In this document: piece by piece, positions 45,587-58,023 of the stretch
Position numbering within the stretch: the stretch's first letter is position 1
How the letters are laid out: each line of letters starts with the position of its first letter
Assembly (NCBI GenBank): GCA_017431625.1
Contig: JAFRKQ010000021.1
Location: 13,324-77,323, forward strand
Source of the DNA: a bacterium
Lineage (GTDB): Bacteria > Patescibacteriota > Microgenomatia > UBA1400 > PJMF01
Reading direction: 5' to 3'
DNA length: 64,000 nucleotides
Notes under the pieces: generated by a model
Databases searched by the model: none
What the model was told of the DNA's origin: nothing
The model's input: only the letters and a program-made list of their open reading frames with translations
Made by a program: the position numbers and the translations under genes

Positions 45587-46926
45587 TAAGTGGCCGTAGT
45601 CTTGACTTGAACCGTAGTTTTGATTTTATGACCCATAAATCTATTATTTGGCAGCTGAAAATAGTGTTTACCCGCCAAGGGCGAGGGCAAATAGGGTTTG
45701 TGAGACTCATTGTAAGGCTCATAACCTTGAGCGTAGCCCCAATCTTTCATCAATTTGGTCGGAGCATTGCGCAGATAAAGCGGAATTTCCAAATTACCCT
45801 GCTGGCGTGCATCTACCTGCGCCTGGCAATAAGCTTCATAGGCCGAGCGGTCTTTGGGACAACGACACAAATAAGCCACCCCATGAGCCAAATTAATTTG
45901 CGCCTCCGGCAAACCAATATTGACTACCGCCTGATAAACTTGATTGGCCACTACCAAGGCCGTTGGCGCCGCCAGTCCGACATCTTCGCTGGCAAAAACA
46001 ATCATCCGGCGAGCAATAAACTCTGGTTGTTCACCGTTTTGTAGCATCCGCGCCAGATAGTAAAGGGCGGCATCTATTTCACTGGCGCGCATTGATTTGA
46101 TAAAAGCCGAAATAGTATTGTAATGTTCCTCGCCATCACGATCATACCGACCTGTCAGCTGGCTGCTGGCCTGCAAATTTTTCAGCGATAAATCAGTAAA
46201 AGTCTCCCAGGTTTGTTCAAGTAAATTAAGCAGGCGCCTCGCATCGCCATCTGCATATGTCAAAAGCCACTCGCGTGACTTTTGGTCCAACTCAACTTTT
46301 TGACCTTGCTGGCGCCAATGCTCCAACGCTCGTGTTACCACTTGACTCATATCTTCAGGCTGGAGACTTTGGAAGGTATAGACCCGACAATGCGACAAAA
46401 GAGCATTATTAATAGTAAAACTCGGATTTTCTGTCGTCGCACCAATCAAAATAATCTCGCCCGACTCCACAAAAGGCAAAAGATAATCTTGTTGGGCTTT
46501 ATTGAAGCGATGGATCTCGTCCAAAAAAATCACTGGTGGCCCATAAACGAGTGCCTCCAGACTAGTCTGCTCGTCACGCTCAGCGTCAATTATTTTTTTG
46601 AGGTCGTTTTTGCCCGCGGCCACCGCCGAAACTTCATAAAAATGGCGATTGTTAGTGAGAGCCACTAGTCTGGCTAAAGTAGTTTTGCCTACCCCCGGTG
46701 GCCCCCAAAAAATCATCGAAAAAACCTTGCCTTGTTCGAGAGCCCGGCGTAGTGGCTTGCCCGAACCCATGAGCTGGTTTTGGCCGATAAAATCCTCCAA
46801 GCTATTGGGTCGCAAAATCGTGGCCAAAGGGTGGTGTCCACCAGCGGGAGTAGAGGTGAGCTTAGTTGACACGGCGTTTGAGTCGATACTTACTGGCCAC
46901 CTTGATCTTCGCTGACTCCCGCTCAA
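45586..46926 (-). CDS. rarA: Replication-associated recombination protein A (RarA/MgsA AAA+ ATPase)
   Basis: GPPGVGKTTLARLVA, DEIHRFNKAQQD and the MgsA C-terminal domain. The ORF track start overlaps atpC by 65 nt. A GTG at about 46872 is a plausible alternative start. Confidence 0.88.
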   Translation of the reverse strand: MSGSQRRSRWPVSIDSNAVSTKLTSTPAGGHHPLATILRPNSLEDFIGQNQLMGSGKPLRRALEQGKVFSMIFWGPPGVGKTTLARLVALTNNRHFYEVSAVAAGKNDLKKIIDAERDEQTSLEALVYGPPVIFLDEIHRFNKAQQDYLLPFVESGEIILIGATTENPSFTINNALLSHCRVYTFQSLQPEDMSQVVTRALEHWRQQGQKVELDQKSREWLLTYADGDARRLLNLLEQTWETFTDLSLKNLQASSQLTGRYDRDGEEHYNTISAFIKSMRASEIDAALYYLARMLQNGEQPEFIARRMIVFASEDVGLAAPTALVVANQVYQAVVNIGLPEAQINLAHGVAYLCRCPKDRSAYEAYCQAQVDARQQGNLEIPLYLRNAPTKLMKDWGYAQGYEPYNESHKPYLPSPLAGKHYFQLPNNRFMGHKIKTTVQVKTTAT

Positions 46927-47293
46927 TCAGCGCCAAAGCATTGGCATAATCTTCGTCAGAGACAGTCTCGCTCATGAGCTTGGCCGCGCGCTCCTTAGCC
47001 GCCTGAGCCCGCTCCAGATCAATGTCTGCCGCTGCTGAGGCAGCCGCCACCAAAATCAAGAGTTGATTATCTGCAAACTCAGCCAAGCCAAAATCCACCG
47101 CAAAACTCAAAATATCATCGGGTTGTTTGCTTTTGTAAACCACCAACTCATCGGCATGCAAAGGAGCAATGTAAGGGACATGTCTGGCCAAAATCCCCAC
47201 TTGTCCGTCCTTAGTGGGCAAAAGCACTTCCATCACTGGCTCATCAAAGATGACTTTTTCGGGAGTGATAATTTTTAGCTGAAAAGTTTTCAT
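46862..47293 (-). CDS. atpC: ATP synthase epsilon subunit
   Basis: N-terminal beta-sandwich plus C-terminal helices. Operon position after atpD. Confidence 0.88.
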   Translation of the reverse strand: MKTFQLKIITPEKVIFDEPVMEVLLPTKDGQVGILARHVPYIAPLHADELVVYKSKQPDDILSFAVDFGLAEFADNQLLILVAAASAAADIDLERAQAAKERAAKLMSETVSDEDYANALALIERESAKIKVASKYRLKRRVN

Positions 47294-47316
47294 ATAGACA
47301 AATTTTGCTCAATATG

Positions 47317-49690
<2,374 letters not shown>

Positions 49691-49692
49691 AA

Positions 49693-51219
49693 TTAACTAT
49701 TTTCCTGCTTAAATAATGTCGCGTGAGCCTCGAGCGCACTGACAAGCGCATTTTCGACCTCTGGTTTGAGATCTTTGACCTCAGTCAGTAAGCGCAAAGC
49801 CTCTTTGTCTTGTGAGTGTAAATAGTCCAAAAGACTGTCCTGATAAGCGCTAACTTTGTCTACCGGCACTTCATCCAGATAGCCATTACTCAAAGCGTAC
49901 AAAATTGACACCTGTTCAGCCATTGTCAGTGGTGAATACTGTTTTTGTTTGAGCACTTCGGTGGCCCGCCGACCACGCTCAATCTGTTCACGCGTTTTTT
50001 CGTCCAAATCAGAGCCAAACTGAGTAAATGACTCCAGCTCGCGGAATTGCGCCAGATCTACGCGAAGTCGTCCAGAGACTTTTTTCATCGCCTTAGTCTG
50101 GGCACTACCACCCACCCGTGAGACGGACAAACCAGCATTGACCGCGGGGCGAATCCCACGATAGAAAAGGTCTGTTTCCAGATAAATCTGGCCATCAGTG
50201 ATAGAAATCACGTTGGTAGGAATGTAAGCACTACTATCACCAGCCTGAGTTTCAATAATTGGCAAAGCCGTCAAGGAACCACCGCCATACTCCGGACTCA
50301 ATTTGGCCGCTCGCTCCAGCAGGCGTGAGTGAAGATAGAAAACATCACCCGGGAAAGCCTCACGTCCCGGCGGGCGGCGCAAAATTAAGGAAATTTGGCG
50401 ATAAGCCACCGCGTGCTTGGATAAATCATCATAAATTACCAGTGCGTCACGGCCTTTCTCCATGAAGTACTCGCCAATAGCCGCACCGGCATAAGGAGCA
50501 ATATAAGAATAAGCCGCCGCTTCGGAAACACCAGCATCAACAATGATCGTGTAGTCCAGGGCGCCGCTTTGGCGCAATTGTTCCACCAAACGTGCCAGCT
50601 TTGACTCTTTTTGGCCAATGCTGACATAAATACAAATGACATTTTGATCTTTTTGGTTGAGAATAGTATCAATAGCAATGGCGGTCTTGCCTGTCTGGCG
50701 ATCACCAATAATCAACTCACGCTGCCCCCGACCAATCGGTACCATCGCGTCAATAGCTTTAATGCCAGTTTGTAAAGGCTGATTGACACTCTGACGAGTA
50801 ATGACACCAGGAGCAATTTTTTCAATTGGGTTGAATTGTTCGGCTTTAATCGGCCCTAGGCCATCTACCGGCTGACCCAAGGGATTGACCACCCGACCAA
50901 TCAAATCTTCACCAACACCAATAGACAAAATTTTACCGAGTTGTTTGACACTTTGCCCCTCTTTGATCTGATGATCACGACCAATGACGATCGCCCCCAC
51001 CAAAGTTTCTTCAAGATTGAGTACCAAACCAATCTCACCATGCTCAAACTCCACCATTTCGCCGCTCATAACATCACGCAGACCACTAATTTTGGCCACA
51101 CCGTCAGCGACTTCAAGGACTGTACCCACCTGCTGGCTACTAAACTCCTTCTTGAAAGATTGAGCTTGCTTTTTTAATTGTTCTATCAGTAAATTTGTCT
51201 CATTCATATGCACTTTCAT
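49693..51219 (-). CDS. atpA: ATP synthase alpha subunit
   Basis: [16 protein letters not shown]-loop. Full-length alpha subunit. Confidence 0.96.
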   Translation of the reverse strand: MKVHMNETNLLIEQLKKQAQSFKKEFSSQQVGTVLEVADGVAKISGLRDVMSGEMVEFEHGEIGLVLNLEETLVGAIVIGRDHQIKEGQSVKQLGKILSIGVGEDLIGRVVNPLGQPVDGLGPIKAEQFNPIEKIAPGVITRQSVNQPLQTGIKAIDAMVPIGRGQRELIIGDRQTGKTAIAIDTILNQKDQNVICIYVSIGQKESKLARLVEQLRQSGALDYTIIVDAGVSEAAAYSYIAPYAGAAIGEYFMEKGRDALVIYDDLSKHAVAYRQISLILRRPPGREAFPGDVFYLHSRLLERAAKLSPEYGGGSLTALPIIETQAGDSSAYIPTNVISITDGQIYLETDLFYRGIRPAVNAGLSVSRVGGSAQTKAMKKVSGRLRVDLAQFRELESFTQFGSDLDEKTREQIERGRRATEVLKQKQYSPLTMAEQVSILYALSNGYLDEVPVDKVSAYQDSLLDYLHSQDKEALRLLTEVKDLKPEVENALVSALEAHATLFKQENS

Positions 51220-51623
51220 GCTGCCTGAATACTTGTCTTAAATCTCTCCAATTGCCCCGCCAGCGACCAGTCAAAACGTTCGCCATTGGCTTCAATCACC
51301 AAGCCTGGACTACTTAAATCTGTTTGCACGCGCCAAATCACGTCTTTTACCTGGAAACGCGAGCACAAAAAACTCGCCACCGCAGTCAACTGACTTTCAC
51401 GAGGGCGATCACTACTGTGTACGACCGCTAATAATTTACCTTGTTCGTGGTAGAGTTGCCGCTCAAAATCTGCCAGAATTTGTTCAATTAAGTCTAACTG
51501 ACGATTTTGGCGCAAAAGCTGCAAAAAACCAGTAAAATTCTCACTCAGTTCTTGGTCACTTTGACTCTCAGCCACCAAGCTTTTCAAGGTCAAAACATAG
51601 TCTGAGATTTTGACTTTTGCCAT
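51216..51623 (-). CDS. atpH: ATP synthase delta subunit (short, 135 aa)
   Basis: Operon position between atpF and atpA. Helical N-terminal domain. Shorter than the typical ~180 aa. Confidence 0.7.
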   Translation of the reverse strand: MAKVKISDYVLTLKSLVAESQSDQELSENFTGFLQLLRQNRQLDLIEQILADFERQLYHEQGKLLAVVHSSDRPRESQLTAVASFLCSRFQVKDVIWRVQTDLSSPGLVIEANGERFDWSLAGQLERFKTSIQAA

Positions 51624-52115
51624 TTATTCCTTTATCCCTGCTTGTAAATACTGAGTCGTCACCTCTTGCGGCGATACTTGCTTGTCTACCATCGCTTCCA
51701 CACCGGTAGCAATAATTTGCGCCAGCTCACCTTTCACCTCCAGCATCATCTTGCTTTTGGTGATGGCTACCTGTTTTTCACCATCGGCAATGATTTTTTG
51801 GGCTTGTGACTTGGCGCTGGCCACAATTTGTTGCTCTTGTTCCTGACCAGTCTGACGCGCTGAGGCAATGATATTTTGTGCCTCTTGACGTGCCCGGCCG
51901 AGGATTTCTTCTTCTTGCACTTGAGCTCGGGCAAGCGACTCATCCGCTTGCTTAGCCTTACTCAAGCCTTGTTCGATCTCCTGCTGACGTTTGGTAATTG
52001 CGCTCAAAAGACCCGGGAGGGCAAATTTCTTTAACAGAAAATACAAAATCCCAAAGTTGATCAACTGTGAAATCAATGTTGGCCAACTCAAGCCCAAATT
52101 TCTGATTAATTCCAT
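51624..52115 (-). CDS. atpF: ATP synthase subunit b
   Basis: N-terminal TM plus a long charged helix (AQKIIADGEKQ...). Confidence 0.8.
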   Translation of the reverse strand: MELIRNLGLSWPTLISQLINFGILYFLLKKFALPGLLSAITKRQQEIEQGLSKAKQADESLARAQVQEEEILGRARQEAQNIIASARQTGQEQEQQIVASAKSQAQKIIADGEKQVAITKSKMMLEVKGELAQIIATGVEAMVDKQVSPQEVTTQYLQAGIKE

Positions 52116-52160
52116 ATTTGCCCTCGATTTCTAAATCATTTGTGTCCTTAAATAAGTAAC

Positions 52161-52388
52161 TTAGGTGAAAAGGATAATCAACGACACCACCAAGGCGTAA
52201 ATACCCGTTGACTCACACACAGCCATGAGCACAAACACCAAGCCACTGATTTTATCACCTGCTTCCGGATTGCGACCAATCGCCTTGAGCGCTTGACCAC
52301 CGACATAACCCTCAGCAATAGCTGGCCCCCAGGCTCCCAAGCCCATACACAAACCAGCTGCTAATGCTTTTAAACCTTCAACTTCCAT
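52161..52388 (-). CDS. atpE: ATP synthase subunit c
   Basis: Two-TM hairpin with the essential carboxylate (E in MAVCESTGIYALVV). GxGxGxG N-terminal helix. Confidence 0.9.
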   Translation of the reverse strand: MEVEGLKALAAGLCMGLGAWGPAIAEGYVGGQALKAIGRNPEAGDKISGLVFVLMAVCESTGIYALVVSLIILFT

Positions 52389-52446
52389 ATTGCCTTTCGT
52401 TTGTTCATTTTATGACTACTTTATATACTTTAATAACCTTTATTCA

Positions 52447-53214
52447 CTAACTTTCTACTACGTCTAACGAACTATTAATAAAGATCGTTGACAAGAGAGC
52501 AAAAACGTAAGCCTGAATGACTGAAGAAAAAGTAGTAAGGGCAAAAAAAGGAAAGGGGATAAAGTAAGGCAAAAGTGCGGTCACCACCGCCATCAAGACA
52601 TCACCAGCAAAAACATTACCAAAAAGACGGAAAGATAAGGATAAAATCTTTGCCAGCTCACCAACCACGTCCATTAGTCCCAAGAAAAAGGCAATCGGAC
52701 TGGAAAAGTTAAAAAACTTCTTGAGATACTTACCCAGACCATTGGTCATAATAAAGGCCACCTGACAGGTAATAATCACAATCAAGGTCATCACCAAAAT
52801 CATGCTGTAATCGGCCAAAACCGAGCGAAATAGATTGATGTTGCCATAAGAAATCGCCCCTAAACCAGGAAACAGCGTGAGCAGATTGGCCACCAAAATA
52901 AAGGTAAAAAGACAAAAAGCCAACGGGAAAATCTTGCGTGTACGTTCGTGATTACCAGTAATACCCTGAACTTGATTGTACACCGCCATTACCAGCCACT
53001 CAATCACGACCTGGAACTTGCTTGGGATTTTTTGCCAGTGGACACGAGCCGAGATCATCACACTACAAATCAAGGCAATCACCACCAATTGCAAAATCAA
53101 GGTAGTGGTCACTGGTAGCGGTCCTAAGTGGAAAAGGACTCCTGGACTAATAGTGATATTCAGACCCGATGCTCCGGGAAAGAAAAAATGCCACCAATCA
53201 CTAAAACCTGACAT
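52447..53214 (-). CDS. atpB: ATP synthase subunit a
   Basis: Conserved R in LSLSFRLFGNVFAG. 5-6 TM. Confidence 0.9.
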   Translation of the reverse strand: MSGFSDWWHFFFPGASGLNITISPGVLFHLGPLPVTTTLILQLVVIALICSVMISARVHWQKIPSKFQVVIEWLVMAVYNQVQGITGNHERTRKIFPLAFCLFTFILVANLLTLFPGLGAISYGNINLFRSVLADYSMILVMTLIVIITCQVAFIMTNGLGKYLKKFFNFSSPIAFFLGLMDVVGELAKILSLSFRLFGNVFAGDVLMAVVTALLPYFIPFPFFALTTFSSVIQAYVFALLSTIFINSSLDVVES

Positions 53215-53220
53215 AAAACT

Positions 53221-53505
53221 TTAATTAGCCTGAGCCGACCTTTCACTCTCTATCATTTTACGGCTAAGAATAACACTCACGATATTCATAACTACAAATC
53301 CAACTACGAGCCCGATTATAGTCCAAAAGTTTTTTTTGTCAAGAGCCAAATCAAGGCAATAACCCCCGCCACCAAAAATCACTACGCAACCCAAGGCACT
53401 GATAACACTAATCCAACGTGTTTTTTTCATCAAACGACGGAAATTTGAGGCTTGATCATCAAGTGGAAGACTAGTTTGAGGATCAGGATCAGTAATACTT
53501 TTCAT
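53221..53505 (-). CDS. Small 2-TM protein, AtpZ/AtpI-like, first gene of the atp operon
   Basis: Start at MKSITD (TGTGATATAAT promoter 16 nt upstream). Basic and hydrophobic. Position is typical of atpI/atpZ. Confidence 0.5.
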   Translation of the reverse strand: MKSITDPDPQTSLPLDDQASNFRRLMKKTRWISVISALGCVVIFGGGGYCLDLALDKKNFWTIIGLVVGFVVMNIVSVILSRKMIESERSAQAN

Positions 53506-53519
53506 AATCAATATATGAC

Positions 53520-53596
53520 ATATTATATCACAAATTTTTAATTTGTCAAGAGGCAATTTACATTGGTCGATAGGCAATATTATTACTTTCCAGGCA
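53520..53596 (-). promoter_or_regulatory. atp operon promoter: conserved 23-mer (interrupted by a 27-nt partial duplication), TTGACA, N16, TATAAT
   Basis: Reverse complement gives ...AAATTGCCTCTTGACAaattaaaaatttgtgaTATAAT. The GCCTGGAAA half lies 27 nt further upstream. Confidence 0.6.
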
Positions 53597-53607
53597 AAAA
53601 CGACACC

Positions 53608-53636
53608 TTGACAATTGAGTTTGTTTTTGCTAATAT
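53608..53636 (+). promoter_or_regulatory. Divergent promoter TTGACA-N17-TAATAT for the small ORF at 53643
   Basis: Consensus -35 and a good -10, 6 nt before the ATG. Confidence 0.55.
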
Positions 53637-53642
53637 GAGTTT

Positions 53643-53909
53643 ATGACAACAAAAAAGGCAACTCACCGGCAAAATCAGACCAAAAAAACCCGATCGGTCA
53701 AGAAATCCTCTCCGTCTCAGGTCAAACTTTCACGTCAGCAAGAAAAGCAACAGTATGGTCCTGGTTGTCCAATTTGGATGGGACGACTCTTTGGCTCCGC
53801 TATTGCTTGTGATCGGTTTATTATTATGGTGTTGCTGATTATTTTTCTCAGTATTGCCAGTTTTTTGATCATCTACACTTCTTATATGACCCTGGTAACC
53901 CTTAGCTAA
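53643..53909 (+). CDS. Hypothetical small protein: basic N-terminus plus one C-terminal TM
   Basis: Strong promoter immediately upstream. K/R-rich N-terminus, CPIW motif, hydrophobic C-terminus. Confidence 0.5.
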   Translation: MTTKKATHRQNQTKKTRSVKKSSPSQVKLSRQQEKQQYGPGCPIWMGRLFGSAIACDRFIIMVLLIIFLSIASFLIIYTSYMTLVTLS

Positions 53910-54038
53910 GGCTCAATTGCACCAGTCAAACGGTTTTGCTTGCGACTACTGTTCATGTCGATAGTTATTTTCACTCTGGGTAGGTTACAACAACACTTGC
54001 CAGAAATCGACTATAAAAACCGCTTAACAGGCAAAATC

Positions 54039-54731
54039 TTATTGGTGAGCAAAATTGCGCGCAATACCCACGAAGCTTTCAGCCTTAAGTGAAGCCGAAC
54101 CCACTAGCAGACCATCACAAATCCCCGCATAGCTACCAGCATTCTCTGGCTTGACGCTACCACCATAAATAATCGGCATGCCTGGGAAAAGTTGTCGGAA
54201 ACCTACCAACTGTTGATTGAGAGCTTGCGGATCAAGATTGCCGGCACTCCCACTTGTCGAGATCGCACTCACCGGCTCATAAGCCAAAATCATTGATTTG
54301 CCAGCATGAACTTGTAATAATTGCGACAAACTCGCCGCTTCCGGCTCATCAAAACAAACAATTGGAGTTGCACCCAGCGACCAAACCTGTTCACATTTGC
54401 GCACGATCAACTCATTGGTCTCGCCAAATTCACGCCGCCGCTCCGAGTGGCCCACAATTACAAAAGCCGGCTCGATGCCTGTCAAGTTTTGGGCTGTCAA
54501 CTCACCAGTGTAAGCCCCACCGGCAAAAACACTAATGTCTTGCAGACCGGCTGCCAAGGGTAAACTTTTGCCCACAAACTCCAGATAAAAAACTGCCGGC
54601 GGACACACCACCAGTTGTAAGTCTTGAGGTAGAGGAGAGGTGGCTGTCAGAGCCAAAAACTGGCGTATAAACTCATAAGTTTGCTGCCGGTTTTGATTGG
54701 CCTTCCAATTGGCAATGATGTATTGATTCAT
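54039..54731 (-). CDS. tpiA: Triosephosphate isomerase
   Basis: IIANWKAN, VIVGHSERR, AYEPVSAI and YGGSV motifs. Confidence 0.93.
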   Translation of the reverse strand: MNQYIIANWKANQNRQQTYEFIRQFLALTATSPLPQDLQLVVCPPAVFYLEFVGKSLPLAAGLQDISVFAGGAYTGELTAQNLTGIEPAFVIVGHSERRREFGETNELIVRKCEQVWSLGATPIVCFDEPEAASLSQLLQVHAGKSMILAYEPVSAISTSGSAGNLDPQALNQQLVGFRQLFPGMPIIYGGSVKPENAGSYAGICDGLLVGSASLKAESFVGIARNFAHQ

Positions 54732-54735
54732 AAGT

Positions 54736-55377
54736 TCACTCCTCTTGCAGCACCGCTAACACTTTTTCTAAGGCCTGTTCAGCCGTGAGACTATAAGTAT
54801 CAATAACCAGATCGTACAAATCGGCCCGCCAAAAATCTATGGGAGCATTGGCCGATACCGTGCCAGGCGTCACCACCCACTCCTGCCACTGTGGCGAGTA
54901 CATTTGGATCCACTTTTGCAAATTACGCTCGTAGCGGTCAAGAGTATTTTGTTTGGCTTCCTCCACCGTGATACCATCGCGATTGACCACCCGATCAATC
55001 CGCACATCATCACTACTGCAAGTCATCAAGATTTTCAGCGTCCCCGGCACACCTTGAGCCAAAAAACCCGACAGCCATGACTCAATAATCCACTGGCTTT
55101 CATCGCTCAGCTTTTGGCGCATCCCAAAGTCCACTTCATTTTCAAACTCCACCGAATAAATAGTCGCATTGTGATGTTCGGGATTATTCGGATCCCACAA
55201 GCCTTTTTCGGTAGCATAGTGGCGCATAAACTCACCGCCAGAAAATCCACGCCAGCCTTCATGAGCCAAACTCTCACGCAAACCATTGAGCATCGTGGTG
55301 GAACCACAACCTGGTAAACCAGAGATCGTAACATTATGGTACTTTTTATTAGTTAAAGACGGGGCACAACCTTGCAT
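54736..55377 (-). CDS. P-loop NTPase, cytidylate-kinase-like nucleoside-monophosphate kinase family
   Basis: Walker A ISGLPGCGSTT. About 210 aa, kinase-sized. Family assignment is tentative. Confidence 0.55.
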   Translation of the reverse strand: MQGCAPSLTNKKYHNVTISGLPGCGSTTMLNGLRESLAHEGWRGFSGGEFMRHYATEKGLWDPNNPEHHNATIYSVEFENEVDFGMRQKLSDESQWIIESWLSGFLAQGVPGTLKILMTCSSDDVRIDRVVNRDGITVEEAKQNTLDRYERNLQKWIQMYSPQWQEWVVTPGTVSANAPIDFWRADLYDLVIDTYSLTAEQALEKVLAVLQEE

Positions 55378-55464
55378 CTTGACTTTCTTTTTTATAAAGT
55401 CTGCTTATCTTAACATAAAATTGCGTAAATTTACACGCAGTTTTGTGGTATAATGCATGCATCT

Positions 55465-55686
55465 ATGAAAAAAATTATTCAAGATCAATCCAAATGTATC
55501 GGCTGTCTAGCTTGTGTGGGACTACATCCAGAACTTTTTGCCGCTGACGAGACTACAGGTTTAGCCAAAATGATTGACGCAAAAGCTGAAGGATCAATTT
55601 ATTCACGCGAGCTTGATGACAGTGCCGATGTTGAGGTCCTGCCAGGCGCTTGCTGTGGTGGCGCTATCAGTATGGAAACCACCTAA
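55465..55686 (+). CDS. Small ferredoxin-like Fe-S protein
   Basis: CIGCLAC...C cluster-binding motif. TTTTGTGGTATAAT promoter 10 nt upstream of the ATG at 55465. Confidence 0.65.
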   Translation: MKKIIQDQSKCIGCLACVGLHPELFAADETTGLAKMIDAKAEGSIYSRELDDSADVEVLPGACCGGAISMETT

Positions 55687-55706
55687 AGTTTTGCCTTTCC
55701 TTAATT

Positions 55707-55797
55707 CACAAAAACCTCATTTTTGTCACCAAAAACCAGAGGTAAGTGTTTAACACGCGTTTAACAAAAATCTTAAATTGTACAAATTTTGTCTACA
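55707..55797. repeat. ~90-nt intergenic repeat element, copy 2
   Basis: See copy 1 at 24256-24346. Confidence 0.8.
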
Positions 55798-55953
55798 GTT
55801 TAAATTGATAGAATTTAGACACCGTCAAATGATTTTTCAGTTATTCGGTAGGTTTAAATAATGAAAAAATTTGCAGTAGCTTTCGACAACAAAACCATTA
55901 TCACCCACAAATTTTTCCTTGCCTTGTAATCACTTTTGTGTTATGATGCTATC

Positions 55954-57258
55954 ATGATGAAAAAAACACTCACTCTCAATACCAATGATGCGCACCCTTT
56001 AATCAACGACCAAAAGCTGTCAGCACTCGAGCCACGACTGCGGGCCGCCCACCAAAGCCTGCTTGAGGGAACGTGTGCAGGCAGTGACTTTTTGGGTTGG
56101 TTGCGCTGGGCAAGTCAAGATCACCGACAATTAATCCGTAATATCCGCGAGGCGGCCGACAAAATCCGTGCCCAAGCTCAAGTCCTAGTCGTCATTGGTA
56201 TCGGCGGCTCACATTTAGGCGGACAAGCAGGATTGGAATTTGTTCAAGGAGTGCACTACAATGAATTAACTTCAAATACCAAAGTCTATTTTGCCGGTCA
56301 CAATTTGAGTGCTAGCAGCTGGCGCGAAATTATCGAGCTGATCGGGTCACAGGATTTTGCCATCAATGTCATCTCCAAAAGTGGCACGACTTTAGAGCCT
56401 GCCCTAGCTTTTGGCTTTTTTGAAAATATCTTAGTCAACCGTTATGGCCGAACGCAGGCCGATCGCCGCATTTGCGCTACGACAGATGCTAACAGTGGTC
56501 TTTTACATGATCAAGCAGTCGCCCACAACTGGATGCGTTTGGTAGTGCCTGACGATATTGGTGGCCGCTACAGCGCGCTTACCAGTGTTGGTCTTTTACC
56601 TTGGGCTGTCGCTGGTATAGATATTGAGGCAGCTTTGGCTGGCGCGCAAAAAGCCCAAGCAGATTTCCTGAGCGACTTATCACTCAACAATCTCACCTGG
56701 CGCTATGCTGCCGCTCGCTATTTGCTACTCCAAGCCGGCAAAAATATCGAAGCGTTAGTCACTTATGAGCCACGCGCCCGCCTTTTTGGTCGTTGGTGGC
56801 AACAGCTTTTTGGCGAGTCTGAGGGCAAATGTGAGCGAGTGATTTTCCCCACCACCCTCGAGCTCACTCAGGACTTACATTCCCTAGGGCAATACTTACA
56901 ACAAGGCCAAAAATTCATTTTTGAAACAACTCTGTATTTTGACCACAATCCTGGAGATGAGTTGATTTGTCTTGACCAAGAAAGTAGTCAGGCTTGGCCG
57001 TTTTTGATTGGCAAAACAGTAGATTTTGTCCAAAATCAAGCCCGAGCAGCCACGCAAAAAGCCCACCTTGCCGGTGGCGTACCCAATCTACAGCTGACGA
57101 TCAGCGATCACTCGGCCACGAGTCTGGGTTACCTGCTTTACTTTTTTGAGCTTAGTTGCGCCTTATCGGCACTACTGCTTGATGTCAACCCGTTTGATCA
57201 GCCTGGCGTCCAGGCTTACAAAACAGAAATGATGAATTTGTTGCAATCAAGTCATTAA
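55954..57258 (+). CDS. pgi: Glucose-6-phosphate isomerase
   Basis: VIGIGGSHLGGQAG, ISKSGTTLEPA and GGRYS PGI motifs. Start taken at ATGATG 55954 (-10 TGTTATGAT at 55938-55947). The ORF track begins at TTG 55936. Confidence 0.9.
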   Translation: MMKKTLTLNTNDAHPLINDQKLSALEPRLRAAHQSLLEGTCAGSDFLGWLRWASQDHRQLIRNIREAADKIRAQAQVLVVIGIGGSHLGGQAGLEFVQGVHYNELTSNTKVYFAGHNLSASSWREIIELIGSQDFAINVISKSGTTLEPALAFGFFENILVNRYGRTQADRRICATTDANSGLLHDQAVAHNWMRLVVPDDIGGRYSALTSVGLLPWAVAGIDIEAALAGAQKAQADFLSDLSLNNLTWRYAAARYLLLQAGKNIEALVTYEPRARLFGRWWQQLFGESEGKCERVIFPTTLELTQDLHSLGQYLQQGQKFIFETTLYFDHNPGDELICLDQESSQAWPFLIGKTVDFVQNQARAATQKAHLAGGVPNLQLTISDHSATSLGYLLYFFELSCALSALLLDVNPFDQPGVQAYKTEMMNLLQSSH

Positions 57259-57627
57259 TTTGTACATATTTTGTACTCAATAGTTACTTATACTATTATT
57301 ATATAGGTAATTTTGATAGAAAAATTGATGTTTTGATATTTTTGGATAGATTTGTGCAATTTTTTCATCTCCAAAATGGATCTAAAATAGAAGAGCCACC
57401 GCAACATCCTTGGAAGAATACCGATATGTCCAGGATAATTGCCGTGGCCCTACCTCACCGGGCAAGTCCGTATGATACCTGATTTTCACCAAAAAACAAG
57501 TGGCAATTTTCGCTGACAAGTAAACTTATAATTAACTAAACCCTGGAAGAAAAAAAATCTTATCAGTCTAAATAATTATCGTAGTTTCTGCGTCAAATTT
57601 AAACAAAAACGATCAACAAAGACCGTT

Positions 57628-57957
57628 TTAGTTTCGACCAAAAAGAAGACGAAAGATAAACTTCACCAGCCACCACAACAAACGGAAAGGACTGGTAATA
57701 ATCAACCACAAATAGTCTGGCGGATCTTCTTCCCCGCGTACCCACACCGAAATCACCAGCCAGGCGTGTTGATCTGACTTGTATTGAGCCACCACATGAT
57801 AAAGTCGCTGACCTTGCAACTTGATAAATTTCTTTTTGCCATCTTCCAAATCTTGAGTTTCGTCAGGATGAGTGAGGGTGGCTTCAATACTGCGCCCATT
57901 GAGCCGGCGCAAACGAATCCGTTCCTGAGCGTGAGTAGTATAAATGATTTTTGGCAT
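57628..57957 (-). CDS. Small protein (~109 aa) with a hydrophobic C-terminal tail. N-terminal region is reminiscent of DUF4258-type small toxin-like proteins (tentative)
   Basis: Start set at MPKIIYTTHAQERIRLRRLNG, 9 nt after TTTGTGGTATAAT on the minus strand. C-terminus LWLIITSPFRLLWWLVKFIFRLLF. Confidence 0.5.
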   Translation of the reverse strand: MPKIIYTTHAQERIRLRRLNGRSIEATLTHPDETQDLEDGKKKFIKLQGQRLYHVVAQYKSDQHAWLVISVWVRGEEDPPDYLWLIITSPFRLLWWLVKFIFRLLFGRN

Positions 57958-57960
57958 ACA

Positions 57961-57987
57961 AACTGCGCTCATTATACCACAAAGTTG
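57961..57987. promoter_or_regulatory. Palindromic divergent promoter ATTATACCACAA-AG-TTGTGGTATAAT serving both flanking genes
   Basis: Perfect 12-nt inverted repeat of the extended -10 box. ATGs at 57957 (-) and 58024 (+). Confidence 0.6.
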
Positions 57988-58023
57988 TGGTATAATTAAG
58001 AAAATTACCAAGAGAAAGGCAAC

